This document shows, piece after piece, positions 1-14,258 of a stretch of DNA of 64,000 nucleotides. The stretch's first letter is position 1, and each line of letters begins with the position of its first letter. The notes beneath the pieces were generated by a model, which saw nothing but the letters and a program-made list of their open reading frames with translations, ran no database searches and was not told the origin of the DNA. The stretch is from positions 34,081,877 through 34,145,876 of the forward strand of contig NC_083429.1 of assembly GCF_020745735.1 (NCBI RefSeq), written 5' to 3'. A program made the translations under genes and the position numbers. The stretch comes from Hemiscyllium ocellatum. Its lineage: Eukaryota.

Positions 1-218
1 GTATTTAGGTCTTATCATTAGCTCCATTGCCCAGAGTCAATTCTAATCAAAGAGATAAATATCCAGTGCACACAATTCTGGGCTATATATAAACAAGATA
101 AATAATACTCAATAATAACGTTCAAAACATTGAATAAGCCAATGCATGTGACATCCAAGACAAGCGCTGATACACAATGGAGTTCAACATAAACATTAGT
201 TGGAAGTAGCAAGGAACA

Positions 219-224
219 TTTATT
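219..224 (-). terminator. Candidate AAMDC polyadenylation signal AATAAA
   Basis: tttatt on the + strand about 245 nt past the stop codon. Confidence 0.45.
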
Positions 225-466
225 ATTCATTGAAACAGGGGAAAAATTCAAGCGTTGGCTTATTGTAGTCCAAATAATCATTTTAGTTGCAAAAGTAGGC
301 CACTGAATAGTGTTAATTGTTTACATGGTTTTCAAAATCTGCTCTAACTCAAAGTTTGTGTTCTGAAAAGTAATGTGCTTTTGTATTGTGCATGAAATAT
401 CATAACAGAGTGCTAAAACTACCACCTAAAACAGAACAAAATATTCTCCTGTCGTCCTTGGATGCT

Positions 467-607
467 TCAGCACGTTGAATGGAAAATTCCTCCAACGGCA
501 ACACCTCCCTTCACTAGTTTGTTGTACTGCTGCACAGCTTTCTCTGTTTGGAGAACCACAGGATCAATACCCTTACTTCTGATGAAGGACAGAGTTGCTT
601 CAGGCAC
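467..607 (-). CDS. AAMDC: AAMDC (Mth938-domain protein) last coding exon, VPEATL...GGIFHSTC*
   Basis: AG acceptor at 609-608, 141 nt in frame, TGA at 469-467. The C-terminal GGxFHSTC matches AAMDC. Confidence 0.96.
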   Translation of the reverse strand: MPEATLSFIRSKGIDPVVLQTEKAVQQYNKLVKGGVAVGGIFHSTC

Positions 608-2125
608 CTAAAATCAACATTGCAAGTTAGATTTCCATGATGCCTCTTCAATGAAAGAAACTGTGCTCATTACTGATTTGGATCAAATCTGAATCCATAA
701 CAAATCAATTGATTGCCGTTTCACAAATGGATAACTTAAAAAAAAATGATGCATACTGGTCTGACTTGTCTTGTACAACTTAAAAGCGAGCTCCAGGATG
801 ACTAGTACACTCATTTCCAAAGTAGCACTTTTTTAAAAAAACTGGATGCCGTCTGGAAAATCTATTCATATTCCATTTCAATTCAATGTGATAATAAACT
901 GATGGCAACTAATAACTCCCAGCACATCATCAAAAAGTAATCACCATGAGTATTTTCTAAATGCAGTGAATAGTTCCTGTAATGTGAATAGGGTTGAAGC
1001 AACTACAGTGGGGATGTTGAAAAGAGAATTTGACAAGCACCTGATGAGGAAAAAAAAAGTAGGGGTACAGGGAAAGGTAGGGAAACAGAACAACTTGAAT
1101 TTGTCTAGGTGAGGGCCAGCATGGATATAATGAATCAAATAACCTCTTCTAGTGCTCTAACCCCCATTTCATAATCTAGAAATGTTAGTAAATTTAGCTT
1201 GATGAAAGGTCAAATTCACTCACCTTTTTTAAAAAATGGTAACATTTGATTTAACAAGCTGAAAACTTGACAAGGCAGCATTCCCCAAGTACCAGACTGA
1301 ACTATCAGCTGTGATTATAATTTTTTATTCAACCTATTTTTCTAATCAACTTGTTCAGAGATGTTATTATACACTTCGGGAGCAGATGGAACTTGAACTC
1401 AGACACTACCACTACACGCCAAGAGGGCCCAGCTGTGATTACATATTTACTTTGTAGTGGAGCTAAAACCACGAATGTTCTGACACAAGGGGAGTCAGTC
1501 GCTGCTGAGCCAAGGCTGAGGCCTATATTACTAGCATCATTATATATTCAGTAATGTAGTGCAAGATGTTGGATTGGATGAGCGTGATCTGACATATCTT
1601 TTGATATTTTAATCTCAGGGCCTTCTTTATTATAACTAGTGATCAGCAGTCTGATGCTTCTTGGTTTACCATAGCATTCCAAAGGGATTCAGAGGAATTT
1701 CTGGCTAATTTCCTGTAGCAGCAAACTTGCTCTATGAAGATTCTCAAATGGATACTTGTATACAACTTTATGGTTACTTAAGGTTAATAATAAAGGAATG
1801 GATATTGTAGTGGTGATGTTACTAGACTGATAGGTTAATTGTCTGGAGACACAGATTCAGATCCCACAACAACGTGGTTGAATGTGAACAGCTCTCTAAA
1901 ATGATGTAGGAAGCTATCCAATTGTGGCAGGAAAAGCAGAAGAGCTGAATTAGCTTTGTTGCAGTATTTAGAACCAAATGAGCTGCAGAGGTTTAAGAAA
2001 TCAGCTTGCTATAATCTTCTCAAATGCAAGTGATGGATAATAAACATTGGCCTTTCTGATGTCCCATAAGTGAATTTTAAAATTGACAGTCGTGCCTTCA
2101 AAATATTCAGATAAATCATGTATGT

Positions 2126-2149
2126 ACACACACACACACACACACACAC
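2126..2149. repeat. (CA)n microsatellite; also (CT)n at ~26019-26047
   Basis: Seen directly. Confidence 0.9.
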
Positions 2150-2267
2150 GTCAATGAGTCACTTTTATGTCCAAATCTGAAAAAAATGGTCTAATGAATG
2201 GACTGTGAAGAAGAAAATACATCTAAAAAAAAGACAATGACCTCAAAACTAACAGCAAGTGAACTTA

Positions 2268-2465
<198 letters not shown>

Positions 2466-3725
2466 TCAAAAACTTTCTTTTTATTCACTAAGGGTTTTCA
2501 GGGCTTATTAAATTCTCTTCAGCTGGTGGTTTTGAATGGTAGGTGCAGTGATTGTTGAAAGCCTCAAAGCTCAGAAGCCTTCCCATTAAAATATTGTACA
2601 TGTCCCATTCTACAATATTTTGGTCTCCAGAGATAAGCCATACAGAAACTAGTCACACAAATAAACACCTGGAATATACTTTGAGAATTCAACCATCAGG
2701 GCTCATTTCAGCTAAAGGAGCCAATGTGCTAATTGGCTACAGGTCAGGCCCTATATAGAAGTGCTAAACCTCAACATGGCAGCAATTCTTAGCACATGCA
2801 CTTGACCATAAAGGAGACCATTCGATTACCATTTAAAAACAAAACTGGATTCACAGGGGTAATTAAAGTGTTCTGGTTTCTCCGGTAAAATTTTCCAACA
2901 AAGTATAATCAGGAAAGAAAATGGTCATAGACACCACAGATATATTTCAACCAAAAACTTTAATTCATAGAATTCTTTTATATCTGAAAGACATGCAGAA
3001 TGTCACCATACTGTACAGATGAAAACATACACGCACAAGGAAAAAAATAATAGGCAAAATGCATTTCAGTGACAGTGTCGAAAAAAGGATGAAAGTAGTG
3101 TAACTAGAGAGCTTTAAGTATGAAGAATACATTGATATGCATCAATATTATTTCTGCCTTGCACTTATGTATTGTTACAAGTATCTCCTTTAAACGTTAA
3201 ATGAAGCAGTTTAATGCTGTTTATCGAGTATCTATTGTTTAGGTTCAGAGTCTCAAAGTAGGGATCAGGACACTATGTGGGATTGTGAGCTGAAGTTTTG
3301 AGGTTGAGCTCTTGAGACAGCAATGGCCATACTAGAGCTTCAACCAAGCGATTACAGCTGTGATCTCAGTCTTGCAGTTCCCCTTCCAGTTCCGAATTCT
3401 TACTGAGGGGCCATGACAATTGTCAAGTCTTGAAATGGCATCACAGTGTGAAAAGCTTTACGAAGCACTCGTTTAGGCTGAAGATTGTGTTTATGTTATA
3501 GAAACAAAAAAGCTCCAGAGAAACTCAGCAGGTCCAGCAGCATCTATGAAGAGAAAGCAAAGTTAACATTTTGAGTCCAGTGACCCTTCTTCAGAACTAG
3601 TTTCTATTTTAGTGTATTCATTTTTTTTGTTGTTTTTGTTCGATAGGAATTTTCTTGAATTTAAAGTAAATCTTTCGACTGCAAACATTACAACATCAGA
3701 ACATGGAATTGATAGAAGAACTCTA

Positions 3726-4028
<303 letters not shown>

Positions 4029-7000
4029 TCACTCACTATTGGGAGAGGAAAACAAACATTTAAGCTTCCAAAGCAACTTCATATTTTGTAAAGTTTCAAT
4101 TTGGTCTGAAATACAGCTCGAAGCTTTTGACCAAATGAATCACTGGAATGTTTGGCATCAGCACTTCCAGCAGAGGGATTAATTATTACAGAGATTTGTT
4201 TATCTTGTTTTTTTCTTGAATGGCTTTCTTCTCATGCTCGGGTATGGATCAACAGATGTAGACCTCCAAAGAAACTACTTGTGTAGGCCCAGACAGCGAA
4301 TGTTCGTCAATTGTTTGACCAGAAAAAGATAAAGAGAACATCAACAGAAATCTCACGGTTGTTCCTTTTCCTGTCCCAGGATAGTGAGGCACCCTTGCTA
4401 CAGCTCTTTCTCAACTTGATTAACCCACTCTGGTCCATTTTTTTATAAATTAATTTGGGAATGTGGGCTTCACTGACCAAACCAGCATTTAACCTCGATC
4501 AATGATTGCCTTTAGAAGATGTACTGTTTTCTTAAACCATTGCTGTTTTTTTAAGTGTCAATACATCTGCATTTAGGAAGGCCAGCAACCTATGTTGAAC
4601 CTCAAATGTTTCCAAACTGTAAGGCACCAGATTATGTTGAACTTTCAAGTCAATCATGTGCTTTCTCTTTATAATATTATATTACTTCAAAAAATAAACC
4701 AATTACATGGTCGCATATTATCATATTTCTATTTAATTGTAATAAGTAAATTAGGTGGCATTGGTTCTGTTTATTTTAATATCTCATTCAGATTTAACAA
4801 CTCAGATCACAACTTGCATTTACAGATAACTATGTATATGATCTAAGCAACAGGAGCTCTTAGTTCTCTAAGCAATAAAGTAATTGTTCAATAGAGAGGC
4901 TTAAATATTTTGGACTCTTAACGAGGGGAGTTTGAACATTGGATAACAATAGGATCAGGCTGTGATCATCCTGATGGCTTACTAGTTTGCCTGCTCACTA
5001 TGTTTACATTTGAATAAGTCACTTGGGTGAGACACTGAAGCAGTACTGGCATCGACTGGCTTGAGCTGGAGCCATTCTCTCCCAAAAGAAGAGGAAGAAA
5101 ATCATAATGGAAATAATAATAGTTACAGCTGAACAGATACTACATAAGTGTGAAGCCATTTTATCCAAACACATCAAATCTTTCATAGAAACCTATGACT
5201 ACTAAAGTCACATCATCAAAATATATATTGATTAATTCTTGAGTTTTTTTCTGCGCACACTAGCCTGAATGCCAGCACAGGTGTGAATCATGCTTCGTGT
5301 GATAAAGTGGTTCCAGATACTAAGTCTTGATCTTGCCTTTTGCTTTTGTGCCCAGGTACCCTTGTGTTCAACAAACATTTGACTAAAATTAATGCATTTA
5401 TATTTTAGATGTTCCCTTCATTCTTAAACGAGTTTATATGGCCTCATCTCCCTACCGTCTACATTTATCTAGCTTACAATTTTTGTAATTCAGTTATGAG
5501 AGAATAAACAAAATGAAATGGTGACCTCCCTTGTCTTTACTTTCCCATGCAATTCAACTATTAATCTTTGCTCCTTACATAAATTTACTAATTTGATAGT
5601 ACTGCTCATCATTATTTGTATTTGTTGTGGTTCTGCAAATAACTACACATGTCAAATAGGCCATTGCTTCCAGATCTCTTTCAGACTTTCTCCTTTTATG
5701 TTCATTATCATTTGAATGCGTCTCCCATTCTTTCAGCCAAGATTAAATAGTTCACCAAATTTTATCTATGATTGCTCTGCTTACTTGTCAATGTTATCTA
5801 TGTGCTTCTTTCATTCAATGGATGCTTCAGTTGTCCACCTGCTCCAGCTGAGTGCCTTCTGTGAATTTTAATAAATAATATTTCCTTTTTCTGAATCTAA
5901 GTTGTTTCCACAAATTAATAATAAAGGTCCAGCACTGATTCCTGTAGCACCTTACTCAGTACATCTATCCAGCTCAGGATATCTTGTAATTGGTATATTT
6001 CGATGGTCTTTGCCAGTGACTATTGTTTCATTCTTTCACTATTTCTTTCAGAACAACTACTTGTATTAACTAGCAATTTTACCACAGTAAAACATCTCTG
6101 GATGCTTAATTAGTCATCAACAAATACTTTTGACATTGAGCTAAAGTGAAAGTTCACAGCAGCTGACCAAAAGCTTCATTGAAAAGTTAGTATATTAACT
6201 TTTAGAATCACATTATTGTTAGAAGTGCACAACAAGGTCATTTGGCCTATTGTGTTTGCAACAGGTCTCTAATTGAGCCTTGATTGAATTTGTCTCCATT
6301 ACACTTTTAGATATTGCATTCCAGACTCTATCCACTCACTGCATGAAAAAGCTTTTTCTCATATTGCTTTTACTTCCTTTGCCAATTGCTTTAAATCTGT
6401 ATCCTGTTGTTCTTCATCCTTTCATGAGTTGAGACAATTTATCCCCATCACCTCTGTTGACCCCTCATGATTTAGAATACCTCAGCTCAAAGCATCTCTT
6501 CTCCAAGGATCATAGTCTTGACTTCTTCAACTTTAGCTGAAGTTCTTCATCCCTGAATGGTTTTTGTGAATCTCTTCTACACCATTACAATACCTTCACA
6601 TCCTTTTCACCACATCTCTCACATACTTTTAATTTATTGTCTCACAACATTTTTCCTATTAAAATTAATCACTTCACATTTCTCATGAGTTTTAACTGTC
6701 ACTTGTTTACCAATTCCATGTCTATGCTGTTTTCGATTTCTAAACAATCTCCTCACAGTTTGCAATTGTTGGAACTGTACTGAGATCAAGGCCACAAGTA
6801 TAAATCAGGAAAATCAAGGGTTCCAATCGCTGTTCCTGCAACTTTTCTTGCTGCTGCGCAGTCCTTCTGAAGCCTATGGACGCTGAAACCATGCTTTAGC
6901 AAGTTGACATCCATGGAGCTTCCCAGCAGCTGCGCAGCCAAGAGGGAATGTTGTTTCCAATACTGGCCCTTTGCATGAATTCCACTAAAAGCTTCCCTCT

Positions 7001-7287
7001 AATCCAAAGAATATCCATTAAGTATTAGTCTCTAATTCGTATCACTCAGCCATCTTGCTGCTGCCTATTTTATTTCATGGCTACAACATTACTCAAGCAC
7101 TTGTCATTTAGCACTATATCAAATGCCTTTTGAAAGACGATACACACAATAGCAGCATTACTTCCTTGTAATTCTTTCTGATCACTTCAAAAAAAGTTAA
7201 ACATAATTTTTCCTTAAGAAATTCCTGCTGACTTTCCTTAATTAACCTATTTTTCTCCATTTATATATTAATTTTGTCCCCAATTAT

Positions 7288-8444
7288 AGAACATAGAACA
7301 TAGAAAGGTACAGCACAGAACAGGCCCTTTGGCCCATGATGTTGTGCCGAAATTTAATCCTCATGTCAAATATAGTAACTTAACCTACACACCCCTCAAC
7401 TTACTGCTATCCATGTGCATGTTCAGCAGTCGCTTGAATGTCCCCAATGATTCTGCTTTCACCACCACAGCTGGCAATGCATTCCATGCATTCACAACTC
7501 TCTGCATAAAGAACCTACCTCTGACATTTCCTTTATACCTTCCTCCTAATATCTTCAAACTGTGACTTCTCGTACCAGTCAATCCTGCCCTGGGCAAAAG
7601 TCTCTAGCTATTGATTCTATCTATTCCTCTCTTTATTTTGCACACCTCGATCAGGTCTGCTCTTTTCCTCCTTCTCTCCAGAGAGAAAAGTCTGAGCTTA
7701 TTCAACCTTTCTTCATAAGGCAAGTCCTCCAGTCCAGGCAGTATCCTGGTAAATCCTCTTTGCACCCTCTCCACAGCCTCTGTATCTTTCCTATAGCAGG
7801 GCGACCAGAACTGGACACCATATTCCAAGTGTGGTCTCACCAGGGACTTGTAGAGCGGCAGCAAAACCTCACGGCTCTTAAACTCGATCCCTTTGTTAAT
7901 GAAAGCCAAAACACCATATGCTTTCTTAACAACCTTATCCACTTGGGTGGCAACTTTGAGGGATCTATGTACTTGCACACCCAGATCCCTCTGTTCCCTC
8001 ACACTGCCAAGAATCTTGTCTTTAATCCTATATTAAGTATTCGAGTTCAACCTTCCAAAATACATCACTTTGCATTTATCCAGGTTGAACTCCATTTGAC
8101 ATTTCTCAACCCAGCTCTACATCCTATGTCACGCTGCAGCCTGCAGTAGCCTTCTATACTATCGACGAACCTCCAACCTCAGTGTCATCTACAAATTTAC
8201 TAACTCACCCATCAACCTCTGCATCCAAGTCATTTATAAAAACTACAAAGAGCAGAGGCCCAAGAACAGAGCCCTGTGGGACCCCACTTAACACTGACCT
8301 CCAGGCAGAATACTTCCCATCCACAACCACTCTCTGCCTTCTGTCACCCAACCAATTCTGAATCCAGATAGCCAAATCTCCCTGTATCCCATACTTCCTA
8401 AATTTATGAATGAGCCTACCATGGGGAACCTTATCAAATGCCTA
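7288..8444 (-). mobile_element. CR1/HER1 LINE 3' fragment (RT C-terminus and tail), nested in an older CR1 (~6217-7285)
   Basis: RDLGVQV..LYKSLVRPHLEYGVQFWSP peptide and (TAGAACA)n tail. Confidence 0.9.
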
Positions 8445-9079
8445 ATTATTGTTAGAAATTTCCTCACCATTGAAATCAAGTTGAATTTTTGTTTTGCTGG
8501 TCACAGAAAATGCCAGTCCTGCTGAACGTTTCCAGAAATTTCGATTTCGCATGAATTCATATCAGATAACAGGAAAATGTCAAGAAAGACACAGAAGAGT
8601 AACTTGAGATAATCGTACAAAATGACATAAGCAACGTTTAAATATTCCCAAGTCCACAAGTATAGTTAATGTAGAATTATTTTAATAGCAGCAGGGTGTT
8701 GGCCTGAGATTCCCATTCCATTCAAAAAAAGTAATTAATTGGCATGAATAATAAATAGAAGTCTCCATATTTGTAAAATGCACCTGAAAGTCATCCGTTT
8801 AAATAGTAATACCGTATCCGAAATAACCCAGTAAAGACGACAACAAAGTCACTGGGGAAAAAAAGGCGTTTCAAACGTGGAAATTTATGCAACATCAGGA
8901 CTTGGCCAGCTGCCAGAACTGGTGCAGTTTCTGTTTCTGTTCTGGAAATGAATCCAGAAAGTTGCCAACGTGGCAACTGATCCCTGCAGTAATGTTTCAT
9001 ATCGAATGTGGTTTCTCCTGTCAGCTGGGCTGACCAGCGAGTTTGTACATGTACTGGTGTTTTTGGTGAAGCTAGAGGT

Positions 9080-9345
9080 GGTCCCGGGGCACTGGAGGAC
9101 ACCGAGAGAAGCTCAGCGACCTATCCCTCCCACCCGAACCACAGGCCGGGGGAAGAGGTTCACACGGTCCGGCTGCTGATAGACCCTCCTCTCGGCTGGG
9201 GACGAACTCCCATCAGCAGCAACTTGAAAACTCCCTCCCTGCACTCACCTCCCGACAGCCGAGAGTGAAGCTCAGATTTCTGGAGACCAGCCCCTTGTCC
9301 TCAGAACCACACCCACCGTTGTCATAGTAACATCTCGCAAAATAC
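9080..9345 (-). promoter_or_regulatory. AAMDC: Probable AAMDC promoter and non-coding first exon (donor GAG|gtgagt at 9249/9248)
   Basis: Local GC/CpG-rich patch, strong minus-strand donor, and an X-box-like GTTGTCATAGTAAC at 9318-9331. The first coding exon has an acceptor 10 nt before its ATG, so an upstream UTR exon is needed. Confidence 0.6.
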
Positions 9346-9456
9346 TTCTATTGCAAGCCCAATCATTCAACCTCCCCTTTCAACCCAGCAGCATCTCTCA
9401 TCACATCTCTTCCACACCTAGTGCTGCATAAACAGAATTTATCTGCATTTTAAAAA

Positions 9457-9830
9457 TATTCATTCACAGAATGAGGGCAGAGCTGGCCAAACCAGCATTT
9501 ATTGTCCATTCCTAATTGCCCAGAGGGCAGTTAAGATTCAGCCACATTGCTGTGGGTCTGGAGTCACATGAAGGTTAGACCAGGTAAGGATGGCACCTTA
9601 GTGCCCCCCCCCCCCACAAACACACCCCTTAAGGGTATTAGTGAAAGAGGCGGATTTTTACAAGCATCCACAATTTCATAAACATCATTAGGCTCTTAAT
9701 TCCAGATTTTTAAAAAAATGTTGAATTCAAATTCCACTATCTACCCTGGTGGGATTCAGTCGTGGGTCCCCAGCTCATTACCTAGGTTCCTGGATAACAG
9801 TCCAGTCACATTCCCACAAGGCCATCATAA
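9457..9830 (-). mobile_element. Shark SINE of a second family (SacSINE1/Deu-like); related copy at 15748-16040 (+) and fragments at ~1805-2080 and 4440-4530
   Basis: Shared GACTCCAGACCCACAGCAATGTGG core between copies. Confidence 0.65.
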
Positions 9831-11362
9831 GATTTAATTGGGGGAGGTGAAGTTCAAAAGCAAGATTTTGAGACCATGGGTAGCTTGCTCCTCCATGACT
9901 GATTCCTGTCTCTTCATGAACAGACTGAGGCTAGCTTGGATTGTTTTTGGTGTAAAGATGAGTTTAAGCACCATAAGCTACCACCTCTAACAGTACCAAA
10001 TGCTGACCCTACCTAAAGTCAACTGCTGCCACAAATTTCATTCACGTTGGCTTTATATTAGACTTGACCAACCCAACACACTTCTGAGCAGGCCAGGACT
10101 CTTTTGGTGAGTGTACATTATGGACAGAAGTGGCACATTTTTCAATCTTAGAGCTTAGTGGAACAGAAATATTCATGATGAACATTTAAAAAAATGCAGT
10201 TAAATGAGTCTTTGGAATTCTCAGTGCCAGAAGGTTTTGGAATCACCAGTGAGTACATTTATGCTTTGAATGGACAAATTCTTGGGTCTCACATAGAATT
10301 AAGGGATTATTGCAAGAGGGCAGGAAAGTGAGGTTGACACCCAAGATTAGCTATGACCATAATCACAGAGCAGGCTTAGCAAGCCACATTAGCACCACCT
10401 ACTCAAATAATCAAAATCAGATTAAACGCAATTCCTACTGTAACAAAGAGACAAGCAAACAATGACAAATGGAAACTTATAGAAGGGAACAGAAACTAAT
10501 TATTATAATCTCACCCTCTTTGTTGCATTCTACACACAGGGGATTTAAGGTTATCCTTAACACTTTTGCCAGTGTCCCAACTTCAATCCCTATACGGATC
10601 ACTCGACCAGGGAAAGAAAAAGGCCTCAAGTCTCAAAATTTCTCAAATTGCTCTATGGCCTGTCCCTTTGAAATGTACAGCTTCACAAGCCTGCAGGATA
10701 TCCACATCCTGAATTAATTCTGGTGCTCAGCAGCTCAAAGTCCCCTGTTGCTCATAGCTTAACCTTAAATCTCTCCATTCGAATTTAAAAGGACCTCCTG
10801 ATAACCAGCAACTGGTCATTTCCATCACCAATGTTAAATGTTTTAACATTAAGTTTTGATCATGGATCATGCTCTTGCACTGGCTGATTCTCACTCAGGT
10901 ATCTTTTCCCCATATGGATCAGGCAGTGGGGTACTGAATGCAGAATTTGCTTCCTTTCCTTCTTTGCTGATCTGTCTCACCTTTAATCCCAATGCCTTAA
11001 GTGTGAAGCAACTGGAGGTAGTGTTACAAATCTGCACAAAACTAATATCATTGAGAAACCGGTCTTGGTAAATAGCCGAATATTCTTTGTCAGTTCAATT
11101 TAAGTCCAGAGTTTGATTTCCTTAAACCTATGCCCTTTGGCCCCTCCACTTCATGAGACTTATGAGTAAGGTTCAAATCACTTAGCTCCTTATACTCAAC
11201 ATCAAGCTACAAAATGCCTCCAAAGCACCCTGGAAATGATGTCTTTAAAAATAATTTTAAAAAAAAGGTTATTGCTGGTTGAAGAACCATTTTATCTCAA
11301 ATCTCCTGTACTCCACTCTTCAAAGTTAAAACAGACATGACCTTTTGCTGTAACAGGCAGGG

Positions 11363-11812
11363 TTTATTTTGCATAAAAATAGTGCATTTTCAAGGTTTAA
11401 TTTTTAAATTTCATGCAATGTGCTAACAAAGTTGAGGATAATGAAGGGTTTACAGAGTGTTTACACTATTTGTTAGTCAAATCAGAAATGCTATGTACAC
11501 TATTTCAACATGATTAAATGTTAACTAGTTTCTGGCAAGTTGAAATCAGCAACAAAGAAACAAGGAAGTCACACCATATGCAGTAATAAATTCTAAATTG
11601 CAAATAATTGTAAACCAAATCATTCCAAAGACATTGAAATTGAAATCTGAATTAGAAATTGAAGCAGAAAATGGTCAGATTTATTATGCATTTAAATGGG
11701 AAAAATGTGAAATAAAAAAAGCAGCGGTGTTCTAAAATAATGCTGTTGTGTTGATCTATAGGCCAAAGACTCCAACTGCAAGAAACAAAATGAAGCCTTG
11801 ACTGGCTTTATT
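11363..11812 (-). terminator. Candidate REXO2 polyA signals (AATAAA at 11807-12, 11680-85, 11363-68)
   Basis: Three minus-strand AATAAA hexamers in the AT-rich 3' region. Confidence 0.45.
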
Positions 11813-12001
11813 ACAAATTTGATTGAAGTCCAACTAAAAAGGGCTAAACACAACAGAAAGAAATTTAGATACTGCTTTTAACCACTACATGTCACAAAAG
11901 AGCTTACTTTCAAGTGTCCAACACTTGACTGGAAGCAAAAAATGTAAACAGGCATAGAATTTTCTGGATGAGCTTTCCAGATGTCAGCCAATCCTTTAGT
12001 T

Positions 12002-12137
12002 CTAGCTCTCTTGCTGGTTATTGTCACCATTTTCTAGATGAGTTTTTCTTTTCTTCTCATCTGCTTTAGTTTCTTTAAATATATGTGTCCTGTAAAACTG
12101 TAGCTCTTTGATGCTCTCACGGATGTCATTTAGTGCT
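12002..12137 (-). CDS. REXO2: REXO2 exon 7, (R)[16 protein letters not shown]...QQES*
   Basis: tttcag acceptor, TAG at 12004-12002. Carries the ExoIII Asp of the HRALxD motif. Confidence 0.96.
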
Positions 12138-12985
12138 CTGAAAGATGATACAATTTAAGGATTACAGTTAGCTTGTGTAGCAAAAGTGACAAAAGCTTGC
12201 AAAATTATGCACTTGGATAGTGTTCTCAGCAAAAAAGGTAAAACGGTTCTGTTGGATCATACTTTCAGAGACGTCAGTACAATTCTCAAAAGATGACTAT
12301 CAACAAAAGACAAATTTTGTTCCTTGATTGAATAGTCTAGATCATGACTGTGGACACGGCAGCAAAGTTTGATGTTGTCTTTATCTGTTCAAAAGACAAT
12401 CATTCTGTGTTCTACTTCTACACTGTAGAAGTTTGCCTAATTTCAACTACATTTTTAAAAAGTGCAAAGTTCTAAGGGACCAGATCAATAACACCACAAA
12501 GATCTTTTCATACAAGAAATTTGTGCAGCCTTCTTCTGGACAGGTAACGATACAGCCAAATAGAAACAGTTATGTAGAAAGTCAAGAAACTGAAAAGGAT
12601 GAGCATTATAGCAAATGCTGACAAAACTTCAACAGCATCTGTGGAGAGAGAAACAGAATTAATGTTGAGTCTGATGTGACTCTCCTTCAGAGAGCTCCAC
12701 AGTTGCTGCAATGAGACCTGCAGAGTTTTTCAAGCATTTTCAGTGCTAGTTGGATTTCTGGCATTGGCAAAATTTCACTTCCATTGGAAAAAATACTGCC
12801 CAGTTGTTATATTTATAGCTGTTAAGAATCAGGAGTAGATAGCTTTTCAAGGGGTTGAAAAAAATTACAGAATCCCATATCCATAATCTATATTTAAAAC
12901 TAATGTTTCATGATAAATAAGGATTTAATAAACAGCTCATTTTGAATGTTCAAAAATATAGTTAGCAATAGCAGGCATTACTCAC

Positions 12986-13039
12986 CGATGTGATGCTTTC
13001 TTCTTTGGTGCGTCTTCATATTCATCTGGATACCAGCGT
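12986..13039 (-). CDS. REXO2: REXO2 exon 6, RWYPDEYEDAPKKKASHR
   Basis: 54 nt, AG/GT boundaries, phases match neighbouring exons, contains the catalytic His. Confidence 0.95.
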
Positions 13040-13389
13040 CTAAAAATACCGAAACAAAGAACATTTACTCTTATGACTCATTAGGCTGACGGATCGGTGG
13101 GGGGTTAATATAATGGACAGCATCAAATGATGAAAGTATTCTTTGGAACCAAAACTATAGATTTTAGAAATTGATAGCTTGGGGGAAAACAAAAGGCTTA
13201 AGTATCAACACTACTCAAAATGGAGATCAGTTAGCAAGGATTATTTTTGATGTCACAATAGAATGGTTAAAATGGGATAGAAGAGTTTTCTCAGTAGTTA
13301 AGCTTCTCATTTAGCTTAGAAAATTGCAAGTAAAATGGCTAAATAATAATAGAAACAGCAAGAAACCAAGATCAAGCCTTCATATTATC

Positions 13390-13870
13390 AAGTCACACAG
13401 CAGGGAAACAGATCCTTTGGTCCAACTTATCCATGCCGACCAGACATTCCAATCTGACCTAGTCCCATTTGCCAACATTTGGCTCATATTCCTCTAGCCT
13501 TTCAATTCAGATGCCTTTTAAATGTTATAATTGTACCCACCTTCATCTCCTCTGGCAGCTCATTCCATACATGCACCACCTTCTGCATGAAAGTCATGCC
13601 TCAGACCCTTTATGATTTTTTCCCCTCACCTCAAATCTGCCCTCTTCATTTGGACTCTCCCATTCAAGGAGAAAAGGTCTTCGTTATTCCCCTATCCATG
13701 TCCCTCATGCTTTTATAATTCTCAACAAAGGTCATACCTTAACCTATCACTCCAGGGAAAACAGACCCAGCCTATTCAGCTTTTCCCTGTAATTCAACCT
13801 CCCAGTCCTGTCAATGTATTTGTAAATCTTTTCTGCACCCTCTGAAGTTAAACAGCATCTTTCCTATAGA
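13390..13870 (-). mobile_element. CR1 LINE 3' fragment (others at ~930-1160, 10180-10410, 14570-15200, 15490-15640, 19105-19260)
   Basis: CR1 3' UTR and RT-tail similarity. Confidence 0.7.
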
Positions 13871-14149
13871 TATTAATTATGGACAGGAGTTTATTTTATC
13901 GTTACCATGGCTGTCAGTTAAGCATCTTGTTGTCTGCAGTCTGTCTCCTACAATAGCAATCTAGATGCAGATATATGCATCAAGTAAACTTACTCCTGTG
14001 CAGTGGTGATACCATTGGCGCCAACAAAAAAAAAAATCAGAAGCATACAAAAGTGCAGTGCACTCAAGTTCATTCATCTTCACATTGTATTTCAATATCA
14101 TTACTGTTCAGTAATATTCAAAATTTGACTAAAACAGGAAACATCTTAC

Positions 14150-14258
14150 CTGCACAATTCTTTGATAGTGCTAACATCTATTATTCGGTAATGCAAGTGC
14201 TTCATGAACTGTGGCATATACTTGTCCAAAAACTTTTTATCAGCATGGACTGAATTTC
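14150..14258 (-). CDS. REXO2: REXO2 exon 5, [37 protein letters not shown]
   Basis: 109 nt, AG/GT boundaries, ExoII motif. Confidence 0.97.

Noticed and set aside
6829-6953. Possible hAT-type MITE (ctgcgcag inverted pair, ttccaat duplication)
   Set aside because: The termini are too degraded to call with confidence.
7562-8149. 195 aa plus-strand ORF
   Set aside because: Antisense frame of a CR1 RT fragment.
12120-12137. HRALND instead of HRALDD as a possible REXO2 inactivation
   Set aside because: The catalytic Asp is the second one (H+5) and is retained. All DEDDh residues are present.
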